From: Chitinophagales bacterium
GTDB taxonomy: Bacteria; Bacteroidota; Bacteroidia; Chitinophagales; JADIYW01
Assembly (NCBI GenBank): GCA_046329775.1
Contig: JAXLTX010000002.1
Coordinates: 530,231 to 594,230 of the forward strand
DNA: 64,000 bases
Direction of reading: 5' to 3'
Positions 8,513 through 17,696 of the stretch are shown here, in pieces. How positions within the stretch are numbered: position 1 is the stretch's first letter; each line of letters opens with the position of its first letter. The position numbers and the translations under genes were made by a program. Below the pieces are notes generated by a model. It ran no database searches. It was not told the DNA's origin and saw only the letters and a program-made list of their open reading frames with translations.

Positions 8513-9100
8513 ATGAGAAAAACCATCTTATACCTGGCTGCCAGCTTACTGGCTTTTTCCTGCAAAAAAGGAGACAATAACGATCCAACCATCACTGACC
8601 GCGTGGTCAACAAAACCATCACCCCTATTCCGGTGGGCCCGAATTTCATGATTTCCGACTATCTGGACGTGGACAACGACGGAAAGATAGACATCAATTT
8701 TTTCGGCCAGATTACCGACTCTACGAAGACACTGACGTTAAAGACAGACAACGACAGCACCTTGATATTGTCAGGATATACACCATATGCCAGCTATCCG
8801 GGTGGAATAGTTCCCACAACAAAGGATATGGCTCCCAACACATTCGTGGATGTCTCCTCCTCTTATTGGATAGCGGTTTCTTATACGGCTCTTGTCAGCA
8901 CCAAAAAGACCAAGGAAATCAATACCGGTTTCCACGGTGCCGGCGATAAATACGTCGCTTTGAAACTCCTGAAACCAAGCGGTCAGGATTTCTATGCCTG
9001 GATGCTGATCAATGTCAGTGAAGATTTTAAAACGATTCTGGTAAAAGAGGTCGCAGCCAATACCACACCCAATGAAGGCATTAAAATAGGCGAAAAATAA
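8513..9100 (+). CDS. Hypothetical lipoprotein
   Basis: Lipoprotein signal MRKTILYLAASLLAFSC at the chosen start. No recognisable domain. Confidence 0.55.
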   Translation: MRKTILYLAASLLAFSCKKGDNNDPTITDRVVNKTITPIPVGPNFMISDYLDVDNDGKIDINFFGQITDSTKTLTLKTDNDSTLILSGYTPYASYPGGIVPTTKDMAPNTFVDVSSSYWIAVSYTALVSTKKTKEINTGFHGAGDKYVALKLLKPSGQDFYAWMLINVSEDFKTILVKEVAANTTPNEGIKIGEK

Positions 9101-9122
9101 AAAAAGATGAATACACATTTGA

Positions 9123-9150
9123 AACGTCACCCGTTTGGTGGCGTTTTTTT
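9123..9150 (+). terminator. Rho-independent terminator
   Basis: AACGTCACC pairs with GGTGGCGTT across a 5-nt loop, then a T-run. Confidence 0.7.
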
Positions 9151-9218
9151 ATTTATTCCTGAACTGGTGCCGCTATCCATACTACCAATATGCATATCTA
9201 AAACATTATCTTTGCTCC

Positions 9219-10895
9219 ATGCGCGTGCTGCTGACGACACTGAATGCTAAATACATCCACACCAACCTGGCCATCCGTATTCTTTACCAACTGAATAAAG
9301 AACATAATGGCCTGGCCTGGAAGGAATTTACCATCAACGAAGACAAGGAGAAGGTGGCGGATGAATGTGCGCAGTATGACATTATAGCCTTTAGCTGCTA
9401 CATCTGGAACATCACACAAACACTGGACGTGGCGGTCAAAATAAAAGCCAGAAATCCTGATACAAAAATCTTACTGGGCGGCCCGGAAGTGAGTTACGAA
9501 TACGATGACATCATCGCGCTGGACTGCGTGGATTACATCATCGCGGGCGAGGGCGAAACCTCGTTTCAGCAATTCCTGCAATCCTATCCGGACATAGAAC
9601 AGGTGCCGGGCCTGATTTTCAAGAAAGAAAATAAGGTGAGCGAAAACAAGCCGGCACCGATGTATGACCTTAAAAATTTCGCGGACATCATGCCGTATGC
9701 CTCGGATGACATCCGGGTATTGCGCACCAAAGTGTTGTACCTTGAAACCTCGCGCGGCTGTCCGTACAAGTGCGAGTTTTGCCTGGCGAGCCTGGACAAC
9801 AAGGTGCGTTACCTGCCGAATGACACGATAAAAAACACCTTGCTCTTCATGATGCAGCATGGTAAGGTGATCAAATTTTTAGACCGCACCTTCAACATCA
9901 AGAAAGACTTTACGATTGATATCTTTCAGTTCATTCTAGACCATCATCGCCCGGGAAATGTCTTTCAGTTTGAGATCACGGCAGACATCATCCATCCCGA
10001 TATCATTCGGTTTATAGAAGAGAAAGTACCGACCGGTCTGTTCCGTTTTGAGATAGGCATACAAACGGTCAACCAGCAAGCGAATCTGGAAGTCAGCCGA
10101 AAACAGAACTTTGACAAGACAAGGAAAATCATCCAGGCACTGGAACAAAAAGTCGAGATGCACCTGGATTTGATTGTGGGTCTGGCGTTGGATTATTTTG
10201 AAGACATTAAATATTCATTTGAAGAGGTCTTTAAATTGTTTGCGCCGGAACTGCAACTAGGTTTTCTTAAATTCCTGAAAGGCACACCCGTACGCGACAA
10301 ACACGGACAACACGGTTTTGTATTTGATCCGCATCCGCCGTATCAGATCATTCAGAGCAATTACCTGAGTAAAGAAGAATTGCAGCAGATCGTTTTGCTG
10401 GAACATGCGCTGGAAATCTACTGGAACAAGAAAAGATGCATCCGGGCGTTGAAATATATCACGCAACACTACAGCATCTTTGATTTCCTGCTGGGACTTG
10501 GCACCTATTTTTGCTCTGTACGGGAAGTGCATAAATACACGCTGAAAGATGTGTACGAAATCATCCATCAGTATGTACAAGAAAATCATCCTGAAGACCT
10601 TGTGCTGCAGGAACTGATTGCGATAGATTATTACCTGCAGTATAAACTAAAGCCACAGCAATTATTCCTGCAGGAAATCCCGTTGGAAGAGAAAAAACAC
10701 CTGACAAAAGCACTATGCTTAAACACCATTGATTTCAGGTATGTCATCTTACCCATCCGTTTCAATTACACACGCTATCTGCACGAAAACCGAGTGGAAG
10801 AAGGGAACTTTCCGCTCATCATCCAATATTCAGGCATCGCAAAGCCTGTGGTTGTATGCCCTGAAACATTGGAAGTTTTACAGCCGCTGCAATAA
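9219..10895 (+). CDS. B12-binding domain-containing radical SAM protein (DUF4080-type C-terminus)
   Basis: The N-terminal B12-binding-like domain begins MRVLLTTLNAKYIH. The radical SAM cluster motif is SRGCPYKCEFC. The TAnnTTTG box TATCTTTG at 9207-9214 directly abuts the start. Confidence 0.85.
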   Translation: MRVLLTTLNAKYIHTNLAIRILYQLNKEHNGLAWKEFTINEDKEKVADECAQYDIIAFSCYIWNITQTLDVAVKIKARNPDTKILLGGPEVSYEYDDIIALDCVDYIIAGEGETSFQQFLQSYPDIEQVPGLIFKKENKVSENKPAPMYDLKNFADIMPYASDDIRVLRTKVLYLETSRGCPYKCEFCLASLDNKVRYLPNDTIKNTLLFMMQHGKVIKFLDRTFNIKKDFTIDIFQFILDHHRPGNVFQFEITADIIHPDIIRFIEEKVPTGLFRFEIGIQTVNQQANLEVSRKQNFDKTRKIIQALEQKVEMHLDLIVGLALDYFEDIKYSFEEVFKLFAPELQLGFLKFLKGTPVRDKHGQHGFVFDPHPPYQIIQSNYLSKEELQQIVLLEHALEIYWNKKRCIRALKYITQHYSIFDFLLGLGTYFCSVREVHKYTLKDVYEIIHQYVQENHPEDLVLQELIAIDYYLQYKLKPQQLFLQEIPLEEKKHLTKALCLNTIDFRYVILPIRFNYTRYLHENRVEEGNFPLIIQYSGIAKPVVVCPETLEVLQPLQ

Positions 10896-11060
10896 GCTCC
10901 GCTCCACGTCATCATACCAACCTAAGCTTCGAGATATTTTCAACATGAATCGGTGTTTGTTATCTAAAAATTAAAATCGTCGATACCTACCCCTACCAAT
11001 TGATTACTACAAAATTATTGGTATATTAGAGCATTATCTCAATGCTCAATTTCACAAAAG

Positions 11061-12440
11061 ATGATCTACGATTTCATTGTTGTCGGTTCAGGTTCAGGCG
11101 GTGGTTCTCTCGCCTACTATCTCAATAAATCAGGCGCAAAAGTGTTACTGGTGGAAGCCGGAAAATTCTACCGTAAGGATACTTTCCCGAAAACGGAAGC
11201 AGAAACATCTGCCAAACTCTACTGGGGTGGCGGCATTGAATTCGGCAAAGATGGCAAGATGGGATTTCTGCGCACCAAAATGGTGGGTGGTTCCTCCATC
11301 GTCTATCAATGTTTAATGGACCGATTTGATGATATAGCTTTGAACGACTGGAGAACGGAAAGTGGTGTGGACTGGTTTACGCCGGAAGTGATGGATCCAC
11401 ATTATTCGCAAGTGGAGAGCGACATGGTGCTGCATACGTTCAAAAGGGAAGAAATGCGTCCAAACGGCATTCTGTTTGCGGATGCCTGCGATAAGTTAGG
11501 CTACAAATGGGGCTTCCTGCGCAGAGGACAAAGTAATTGCGGAGCGGACAAAGGCAATGACTGCGTAGGCTGTCTGGGCGGATGCTTCAGGGATTCCAAG
11601 CAAAGCTCGCTGGTGGCTTTCATTCAAAAAGCGGAAAAGGAAGGACTGGAGATTGTTTCCGAAACGGAAATACATAAAGTGGAACCGAACCGTGATACCT
11701 GTAAGATTCATGGGTTGCAAAACGGCAAACAGGTAAGTTTTGAAGGAAAGAAAGTGATACTGGCCGGTGGAGCCTTTGGTTCCACGCGCATGATGACGAT
11801 GTCAGGCTTTAAATCAAAATTGCCGGCATTGGGAAAAAAATTCGCATCGCATCCACAGTTCATGTGGCTGGGATTTCAGAACGAACCCGTAGATGCACAT
11901 AAAGGCATGTTCCAGTCGGTGGCATCCAAAGATCCGAACTTCAGGGCACAGGGCTTTAAGCTGGAGAACGTCTTTGCCTCTCCCATCTCGATTGGCATGC
12001 TAATCAATGAAACGGGTGCAAAGCATCAGGATTACCTGAAAAAATATCGCTACATGCAATGCATTGAAGTGGCCGTACGTGATGAAAATATCGGAGAAAT
12101 ACAATGCGACAACAAAGGCAAACTGACCATCGTAAAACCATTGACAGATCAGGATAGGCAAAGACGCGACAAGGGATTTGAGGCGATAGAAAACATCATG
12201 ACAACGGCCGGGGCTAAAGAAATCTACAAATCCAATTTCTATTTCGGTTTGCACCTGATGGGCGGCTGCGTGATGGGAACAGATGCGGCAAAGTCTGTGG
12301 TGAATCCGGAGTTTCAGGTGCACGGAGAAAAGACGCTGTATATTGCGGATTCCAGCATTTATCCGAATGCACCAGGCATCAATCCGGGACTCACCATAAA
12401 ATCATTAGGTCATAGACTGGCAACGCAGCTGATAAAATAA
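11061..12440 (+). CDS. GMC family FAD-dependent oxidoreductase
   Basis: N-terminal FAD fold DFIVVGSGSGGGSLA. C-terminal GMC-like region ...LYIADSSIYPNAPGINPGLT. Confidence 0.85.
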   Translation: MIYDFIVVGSGSGGGSLAYYLNKSGAKVLLVEAGKFYRKDTFPKTEAETSAKLYWGGGIEFGKDGKMGFLRTKMVGGSSIVYQCLMDRFDDIALNDWRTESGVDWFTPEVMDPHYSQVESDMVLHTFKREEMRPNGILFADACDKLGYKWGFLRRGQSNCGADKGNDCVGCLGGCFRDSKQSSLVAFIQKAEKEGLEIVSETEIHKVEPNRDTCKIHGLQNGKQVSFEGKKVILAGGAFGSTRMMTMSGFKSKLPALGKKFASHPQFMWLGFQNEPVDAHKGMFQSVASKDPNFRAQGFKLENVFASPISIGMLINETGAKHQDYLKKYRYMQCIEVAVRDENIGEIQCDNKGKLTIVKPLTDQDRQRRDKGFEAIENIMTTAGAKEIYKSNFYFGLHLMGGCVMGTDAAKSVVNPEFQVHGEKTLYIADSSIYPNAPGINPGLTIKSLGHRLATQLIK

Positions 12441-12478
12441 ATCCGATTACTAAATACTGTCTATCAATTACAAAACAT

Positions 12479-12883
12479 ATGGCAAACTTTTTTTCAACCA
12501 GAGCGACAAAAGGCCTTTTAAAGGTGGGGGAAATCTATTGCCCTAAAAATGGCGACTTTCCTTCCTTCAGTGAAGCGGCCGGCACTCCCTTTCTGAATAA
12601 TCTGGTGGCAAATGTACCGGAAGATGATTTCTCCTCCCTGAGTCTGGTGCTGGCCATCTTTTCATTCCTGCCACAGGGCATCTTGCGCTGGATCATTGAT
12701 GCGTGCACCAATGCGCAACACAGCGGGAAGGACGGCCTTATCCCATCTACCCTGAGACAGCTGAACTTAGGCTTGCGGGGCTTGTGCTATTCCATCTATT
12801 ATTCTGAGTTTACCAATCCGAATTACACCGGAAAAAAACCGCTGGAGATTATCGATTATCACGTCAACCGCGTGGTGGATTAA
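12479..12883 (+). CDS. Hypothetical protein
   Basis: 134-aa ORF downstream of the GMC oxidoreductase with no recognisable motif. Its stop overlaps the convergent P450 stop in TTAA (12880-12883). Confidence 0.4.
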   Translation: MANFFSTRATKGLLKVGEIYCPKNGDFPSFSEAAGTPFLNNLVANVPEDDFSSLSLVLAIFSFLPQGILRWIIDACTNAQHSGKDGLIPSTLRQLNLGLRGLCYSIYYSEFTNPNYTGKKPLEIIDYHVNRVVD

Positions 12884-14206
12884 GCCACGTTCCGAATGTT
12901 CAGTTTTATACCATGTTTAGGTTTCAGGGTGACCAGCGGCTCAAACTCAACTTTTTGATTTTTATCCAATTCAAAATCAAAATGGTATAGCAACTGTGCC
13001 AGCAGTATCGTCATTTCCATAGTGGCAAAATAAAAGCCGATACACATCCTTGGTCCACCGCCAAATGGAAAATAGGCATTGCCGTTGAACAATGGATTAT
13101 CTTTCTTCAAAACGTTCCGGGATAAATTCATCCGGCTGCGTCCAGTATGCCGGATGACGATGTAGGTGATAAATGCTCATCAGCGTTACCGTTCCCTTGG
13201 GTATGTCTGTTTCATTTACCACATCCTCTTCCTTGCTTTCCCGACTCAGCATATATGCCGTTGGATACAGGCGCAGCGTTTCATCAATAACGGCCTTCAG
13301 ATAGGTGAATTGCCTGTACCGCTCCATCGTCAAAGCTCCATCTTGCATAATCTGCTGAACTTCAGCCTTTGCCTTTTTGTATTTCTCCGGATGGCTACAC
13401 AGGCAATACATGGCCCAGGAAATGGCATAACCGGAAGTCTCGTGTCCCGCCACATAAATCGTCAGCAGTTCATCGCGCAACTGACGGGTATCCATTCCTT
13501 CATTGGTGTCCAAATCCCTGGCGTCCAAGAGCATACTCAACAGATCATTCTTTGCATCCTGTCGTTTTCTTTGCTCTATCACATGGTACAGAATGGCATC
13601 CAGCGATTGTACGGAATGCTCAAATCGCTTCTTTTCACCATTCAGCGCAGACCATATTTCAAAAAACGGATTTCGGATGCATTTCACCATGTACAACTGC
13701 AATTCATAGATATGCTTTTGTATTTGGTTCAGCTGACCGGAAACATCGGCACCCAATAAGGTTTCCACGACAACTCTTGAGGTGAGTTGCATCATCTCCG
13801 CGTCAATGAAAACCGTTTGTTTGTTTTGCTTCTTCCACTCTTCCATTTCATTTTTCGCCAATCTGTTCATCACATCGAAAAAGCCTTCCAGCCGTGTCTT
13901 GTAAAATGCCGGTTGCGCCAGTCTGCGTTGTTTGAACCATGATTCCCCTTCATTCGTGAGCAGGCCATTGCCCAATACCATTTTCAGCTTATTGGAGGCA
14001 TAATCTTTTCTGTAATTCTTATGATTGGATACGAGGATCTGCTGTATAACGTCGGCATCGCAGGTGGCAAAAATTGTACGCATCGGAAGTGTAAAAATGA
14101 AAGACTTCTGATGTTCGAAATTCCGTCCCATGAACCGGATGATATCCTTGGAAATATCCAATGCACTGCCTAAAAGCGGTAAGGATTTAAGGACCGGTGT
14201 ACGCAT
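12880..14206 (-). pseudogene. Cytochrome P450, interrupted by a +/-1 frameshift (or a sequencing error)
   Basis: ORF 13097..14206 ends ...PERFEER*. The heme-binding loop FPFGGGPRMCIG is in ORF 12880..13131 in another frame. The two frames overlap at 13097-13131 around an A/T run. Confidence 0.8.
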
Positions 14207-14287
14207 TCTTTTATAAAAATACGCAATATCAATAATAGTGGATAAGGTTGTACCCGTTTTTTAATAAGAATATGTATTTTTGAAGCG

Positions 14288-15076
14288 ATGCTTAATTTTT
14301 TCCAAATAGAAGAATACATTCATTACTGGATCACCTCCTTTAACAAGTATAAAATACATTCCCCGTATATCTTCAGGCTGGTGACGGAAGTCTTCGAGAA
14401 GCAACTGCTTTATGAAGATTTCGAACGGATTGAACGTGTGCGCGATGATCTGAAAGATAATGAGACGGTGATTGACGTGGTGGACCTGGGAGCAGGTTCC
14501 AGGGCCTTTAAGACGCAGCACCGCAAAATAAGCCGGATTGTACGAAAGAGCGTTAAGAAAGAAAAATACGGCCATCTCCTGTTCATGATGATTCGTCATC
14601 TGAAAGCAAACTCCATTCTGGAACTGGGAACCTCACTGGGCATTACGACGGCTTATATGGCTTCCGCGCATCCCAACACCAAAGTGATTACGGTGGAAGG
14701 AAGTGAATCCATAGCAAAGATAGCGCAGGAAAATTTCAATAAATTAAAATTGAAAAACATAAACCTGGTGGTCGGAAATTTTGACCATGTCCTGAAGGGC
14801 ATCTGTGATGAACGCCAGAAGTTTGATTTGATTTTCATTGACGGCAATCACCGTGAACTTCCTACCATCAACTACTTCAACATCGTATTACCGTTCTGCC
14901 ACAACGATACCGTTCTTCTGTTTGACGACATCCATTGGAGTGAAGAAATGCAGGAAGCCTGGGAATACATCAAGAATCACGAAAAGGTGACCTGCACCAT
15001 TGATATCTTTGAAATGGGCATTGTATTTCTACGAAAAGAATTCCGCCAGAAACAGCACATGCAAATCACGTATTGA
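14288..15076 (+). CDS. Class I SAM-dependent (O-)methyltransferase
   Basis: SAM-binding motif ILELGTSLGITTAYMA and FDLIFIDGNH. The TAnnTTTG box TATTTTTG at 14275-14282 lies 5 nt from the ATG. Confidence 0.8.
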   Translation: MLNFFQIEEYIHYWITSFNKYKIHSPYIFRLVTEVFEKQLLYEDFERIERVRDDLKDNETVIDVVDLGAGSRAFKTQHRKISRIVRKSVKKEKYGHLLFMMIRHLKANSILELGTSLGITTAYMASAHPNTKVITVEGSESIAKIAQENFNKLKLKNINLVVGNFDHVLKGICDERQKFDLIFIDGNHRELPTINYFNIVLPFCHNDTVLLFDDIHWSEEMQEAWEYIKNHEKVTCTIDIFEMGIVFLRKEFRQKQHMQITY

Positions 15077-15095
15077 GTTGCAAAAACGCCAGCTG

Positions 15096-15635
15096 TCAGA
15101 TGACATGAACGCCGTCATCCTCGTCCTTAAAAAACTCTTTCTTTAGATAGACAGCATCCCTTGGATTCATCTTACCCGCATTGATCAGGCGCAATTCGCG
15201 ACGATGCAAGGCATCTTCGTACAATTCCTTTTCGCGCTCCGACTCCGGCACCACTTCAGCACACCTGATGGGTTTTCCCTGAAAATCCAGTCCCACAAAG
15301 GAAAAAAATGCCTCGTGCGATTTCACTTCTTCCTGTGTCTTGATATTTTTGATAAACACTTCGCAAATCACTTCCATAGATGTATTGAAGGCACGGGTTA
15401 CAAAGGACTTCAAAATGACAATATCTCCCATCTTTATGGGCAGATTGAAAGATACATTATCCAGACTTGCCGTAACCGAAATGCCACCGCTGTGCTTGAT
15501 GGCGGAAATGCCTGCACAAACGTCCATCCAGCTCAGCAGATGCCCACCCATCAGGTTCCCTATCGGATTGGTATGTCCGGGCATAATGAGTTCTGTATGA
15601 ATATTTAGCGTGTCTGATACTTTTCTAGGTTCCAT
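15096..15635 (-). CDS. Acyl-CoA thioesterase (hotdog fold, YciA-like)
   Basis: ELIMPGHTNPIGNLMGGHLLSWMDVCAGI is typical of acyl-CoA hydrolases. The start was chosen at MEPRKV; the longest ORF extends to 15689. Confidence 0.8.
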   Translation of the reverse strand: MEPRKVSDTLNIHTELIMPGHTNPIGNLMGGHLLSWMDVCAGISAIKHSGGISVTASLDNVSFNLPIKMGDIVILKSFVTRAFNTSMEVICEVFIKNIKTQEEVKSHEAFFSFVGLDFQGKPIRCAEVVPESEREKELYEDALHRRELRLINAGKMNPRDAVYLKKEFFKDEDDGVHVI

Positions 15636-15706
15636 TCCACAAAAATAAACGATATTCATTAATGATTGTTTATTAAACATCATAAACATTAAATAAAATA
15701 TTTTCC

Positions 15707-15714
15707 TACTTTTG
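15707..15714 (+). promoter_or_regulatory. Candidate -7 box (TAnnTTTG) for tRNA-Arg
   Basis: TACTTTTG lies 21 nt upstream of the tRNA 5' end. Confidence 0.45.
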
Positions 15715-15734
15715 CAAACACCTTACAAAAAAAT

Positions 15735-15808
15735 GGCTGCGTAGTTCAATTGGATAGAATATCAGATTTCGGCTCTGAGGGTTGAGGGTTCGAATCCTTC
15801 CGCGGTCA
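15735..15808 (+). tRNA. tRNA-Arg (anticodon UCG)
   Basis: Hand-folded cloverleaf: 7-bp acceptor stem (two G-U pairs), D stem GTTC/GAAT, anticodon stem TCAGA/TCTGA with loop TT-TCG-GC, T arm GAGGG-TTCGAAT-CCTTC, discriminator A. No encoded CCA. Confidence 0.85.
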
Positions 15809-15822
15809 CTTTTATTTTCGGG

Positions 15823-15860
15823 AAAAGCTGTAATTTAACAAATTACAGCTTTTATATTTT
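15823..15860 (+). terminator. Rho-independent terminator after tRNA-Arg
   Basis: AAAAGCTGTAATTT pairs with AAATTACAGCTTTT (14-bp stem, 3-nt loop), followed by a T-rich tail. Confidence 0.7.
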
Positions 15861-15881
15861 AAGGGGAACTTACAGCTTACT

Positions 15882-15985
15882 TACAAGTACGATTCGGCAG
15901 AATGTTGGTCAGGAAGACCAATAACGGCGAGGGGTAGTTAAGTATCCGATTGAACATGTTCTTTGTTTGGCACAAGCACGCCACG
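15882..15985. repeat. 104-bp direct repeat, copy a (family-2 unit with hairpin TTGGTC...GACCAA and GGGTAGTT motif)
   Basis: By eye it is identical to 16462-16565. Confidence 0.85.
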
Positions 15986-16046
15986 CTCACCGCTTGGCTG
16001 CATGCTCGCGCCAGTGGGAGTAGTTTGGTTTCGGTTGGTGAGGACA

Positions 16047-16135
16047 CCCCGCCCTCGACAGGTGTTTTCACCTGTCGACTGCCATACCGTTTATCTTGCA
16101 AAGACCTATTCATCATAAGCAGCTATAAAATTTCC
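16047..16135. repeat. Solo left end of the RAYT element (H1 hairpin plus last ~50 nt of the transposase gene)
   Basis: CCCCGCCCT-CGACAGGTGTTTTCACCTGTCG-ACTGCCATACCGTTTATCTTGCAAAGACCTATTCATCATAAGCAGCTATAAAAT. A second tail-only copy lies at 16146-16195. Confidence 0.8.
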
Positions 16136-16203
16136 GTACAAATATGTCGACTGCCATACCGTTTATCTTGCAAAGACCTATTCATATAAGCAGCACGTTT
16201 TCT

Positions 16204-16373
16204 CGACAGGTGTTTTCACCTGTCGACTGCCATACCGTTTATCTTTCAGCACACACATACGCTTAAATTTATAAAATAAATTTCGTTTAAAGGAGATCAT
16301 TCTTTGCGGCTAGTAGTTGGCAGGTGACGCATGCGCGCTAAAGCTTGCAAGCTAAACACCTGCCACGGGCGGG
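16204..16373. repeat. MITE-like non-autonomous unit (H1 ... H2)
   Basis: H1 is at 16204-16225. H2 arms are at 16319-16326 and 16357-16364. The H2 loop carries GCATGCGCGC and the 12-bp perfect palindrome AGCTTGCAAGCT. The unit ends in ACGGGCGGG. Confidence 0.8.
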
Positions 16374-16456
16374 TATATCATGTTTAAAAATAACACTAAT
16401 TTTCGGATTTCATTTCGGTTCGTAGTTGACAGGTGACAACACCTGTCAAGGGCAGG
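16374..16456. repeat. Solo right end of the RAYT element (first codons of the transposase plus GTAG-H3 hairpin)
   Basis: TATATCATGTTTAAAAATAAC...TCGTAGTTGACAGGTGACAACACCTGTCAAGGGCAGG matches 19216-19305 of the intact element. Confidence 0.8.
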
Positions 16457-16461
16457 ATACG

Positions 16462-16565
16462 TACAAGTACGATTCGGCAGAATGTTGGTCAGGAAGACCA
16501 ATAACGGCGAGGGGTAGTTAAGTATCCGATTGAACATGTTCTTTGTTTGGCACAAGCACGCCACG
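16462..16565. repeat. 104-bp direct repeat, copy b
   Basis: Identical to 15882-15985. Here the next H1 element follows immediately at 16566. Confidence 0.85.
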
Positions 16566-16974
16566 CCCCCGCCCTCGACAGGTGTTTTCACCTGTCGACT
16601 GCCATACCGTTTATCTTTCAGCACACACATACGTTTAAATTTATAAAATAAATTTCGTTTAAAGGAGATCACTCTTTGCGGCTAGCAGTTGGCAGGTGAC
16701 GCATGCGCGCTAAAGCCCCGCCCTCGACAGGTGTTTTCACCTGTCGCGCCTCGACAGGTGTTTTCATTTTGTCGACTGCCATACCGTTTATATGCAAAAA
16801 ACCTCACGCTTATCTTTTAATATTTTATTATATACAGTTCAGCACACACATACGCTTAAATTTATAAAATAAATTTCGTTTAAAGGAGATCATTCTTTGC
16901 GGCAAGTAGTTGGCCGGTGACGCATGCGCGCTAAAGCTTGCAAGCTAAACACCTGCCAAGGGCGGGGGGGGGGG
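16566..16974. repeat. Nested MITE-like units (one interrupted inside the H2 loop by another H1 end), ending in a G11 tract
   Basis: H1 at 16576-16597. H2 is cut at ...GCGCGCTAAAG|CCCCGCCCTCGAC (about 16716). H1 at 16725-16746, with a degenerate H1 at 16752-16775. A variant H2 (GGCCGGTG) starts at 16913. G11 runs 16964-16974. Confidence 0.75.
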
Positions 16975-17475
16975 CACCTGTCGACTGCCATACCGTTTAT
17001 CTTGCAAAGACCTATTCATCATAAGTAGCTATAAAATCCCATACACTTTTATTCTGCAAAAAATGCTCAGCGCTTGAATATTTATATTCTTCAGGCACTT
17101 TACACAAGCCAGCCCTTACCGGATTGTTATGTATATAATCCATTTTTTGAGTAAATACCTTCTCACTGTATAAATCTACCGATAATGAATCAGTTTTCCA
17201 AATCATATATGTTCGATCATAGTGATTAACTTTACAGGTATCCAATAATACTAAGTCATGTTGTTTTAAGTAAAACATAATTTGTTGAGCAGTATATTTC
17301 AAAAAATCTCGCTGTACATCTTTTAGCAAGTGTGGTGATCTTATTCGCCAGATTAAATGTAAATGGTTACTCATAATTACAAATCCATATACATTAACTC
17401 TGTTAGCTTTTACAAGGAATCTTAAACTATCTATGATAATGTCTTTTACAGCATCGTCCTTCAAAAGATGATTCC
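16975..17475 (-). mobile_element. 5'-truncated copy of the RAYT element (lacks right end and first ~18 codons; left hairpin halved)
   Basis: It begins with the half hairpin CACCTGTCGACTGCC and ends at ...GATGATTCC|CCGCCCTCGAC, where another H1 end abuts. It is nearly identical to 18684-19170. Confidence 0.8.
17012..17475 (-). pseudogene. IS200-like Y1 (HUH) transposase, RAYT-type, N-terminally truncated
   Basis: It retains the HUH motif SNHLHLIW and the Tyr motif DYIHNNPVRAGL but lacks MIYEENHPQFFTATIYEW. It differs from the intact copy at only a few residues (KDIII vs KYIII; IATYDE vs IAAYDE). Confidence 0.8.
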
Positions 17476-17696
17476 CCGCCCTCGACAGGTGTTTTCACCT
17501 GTCGACTGCCATACCGTTTATCTTGCAAAGACCTATTCATCATAAGCAGCTATAAAATCCCATACACCCCGCCCTCGACAGGTGTTTTCACCTGTCGACT
17601 GCCATACCGTTTATCTTTCAGCACACACATACGCTTAAATTTATAAAATAAATTTCGTTTAAAGGAGATCATTCTTTGCGGCTAGTAGTGGCAGGT
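17476..17696. repeat. Solo left end (17476-17566) followed by a MITE-like unit truncated in the H2 5' arm (17567-17696)
   Basis: H1 at 17483-17504 and 17576-17597. H2 stops at GTAGTGGCAGGT|TCTTTG. Confidence 0.8.

Noticed and set aside
12479-12883. The small ORF as a dedicated subunit of the upstream GMC oxidoreductase
   Set aside because: There is no Tat signal and no similarity to the gluconate-dehydrogenase-type small subunit that I can recognise. Adjacency alone is insufficient, so it is left as hypothetical.
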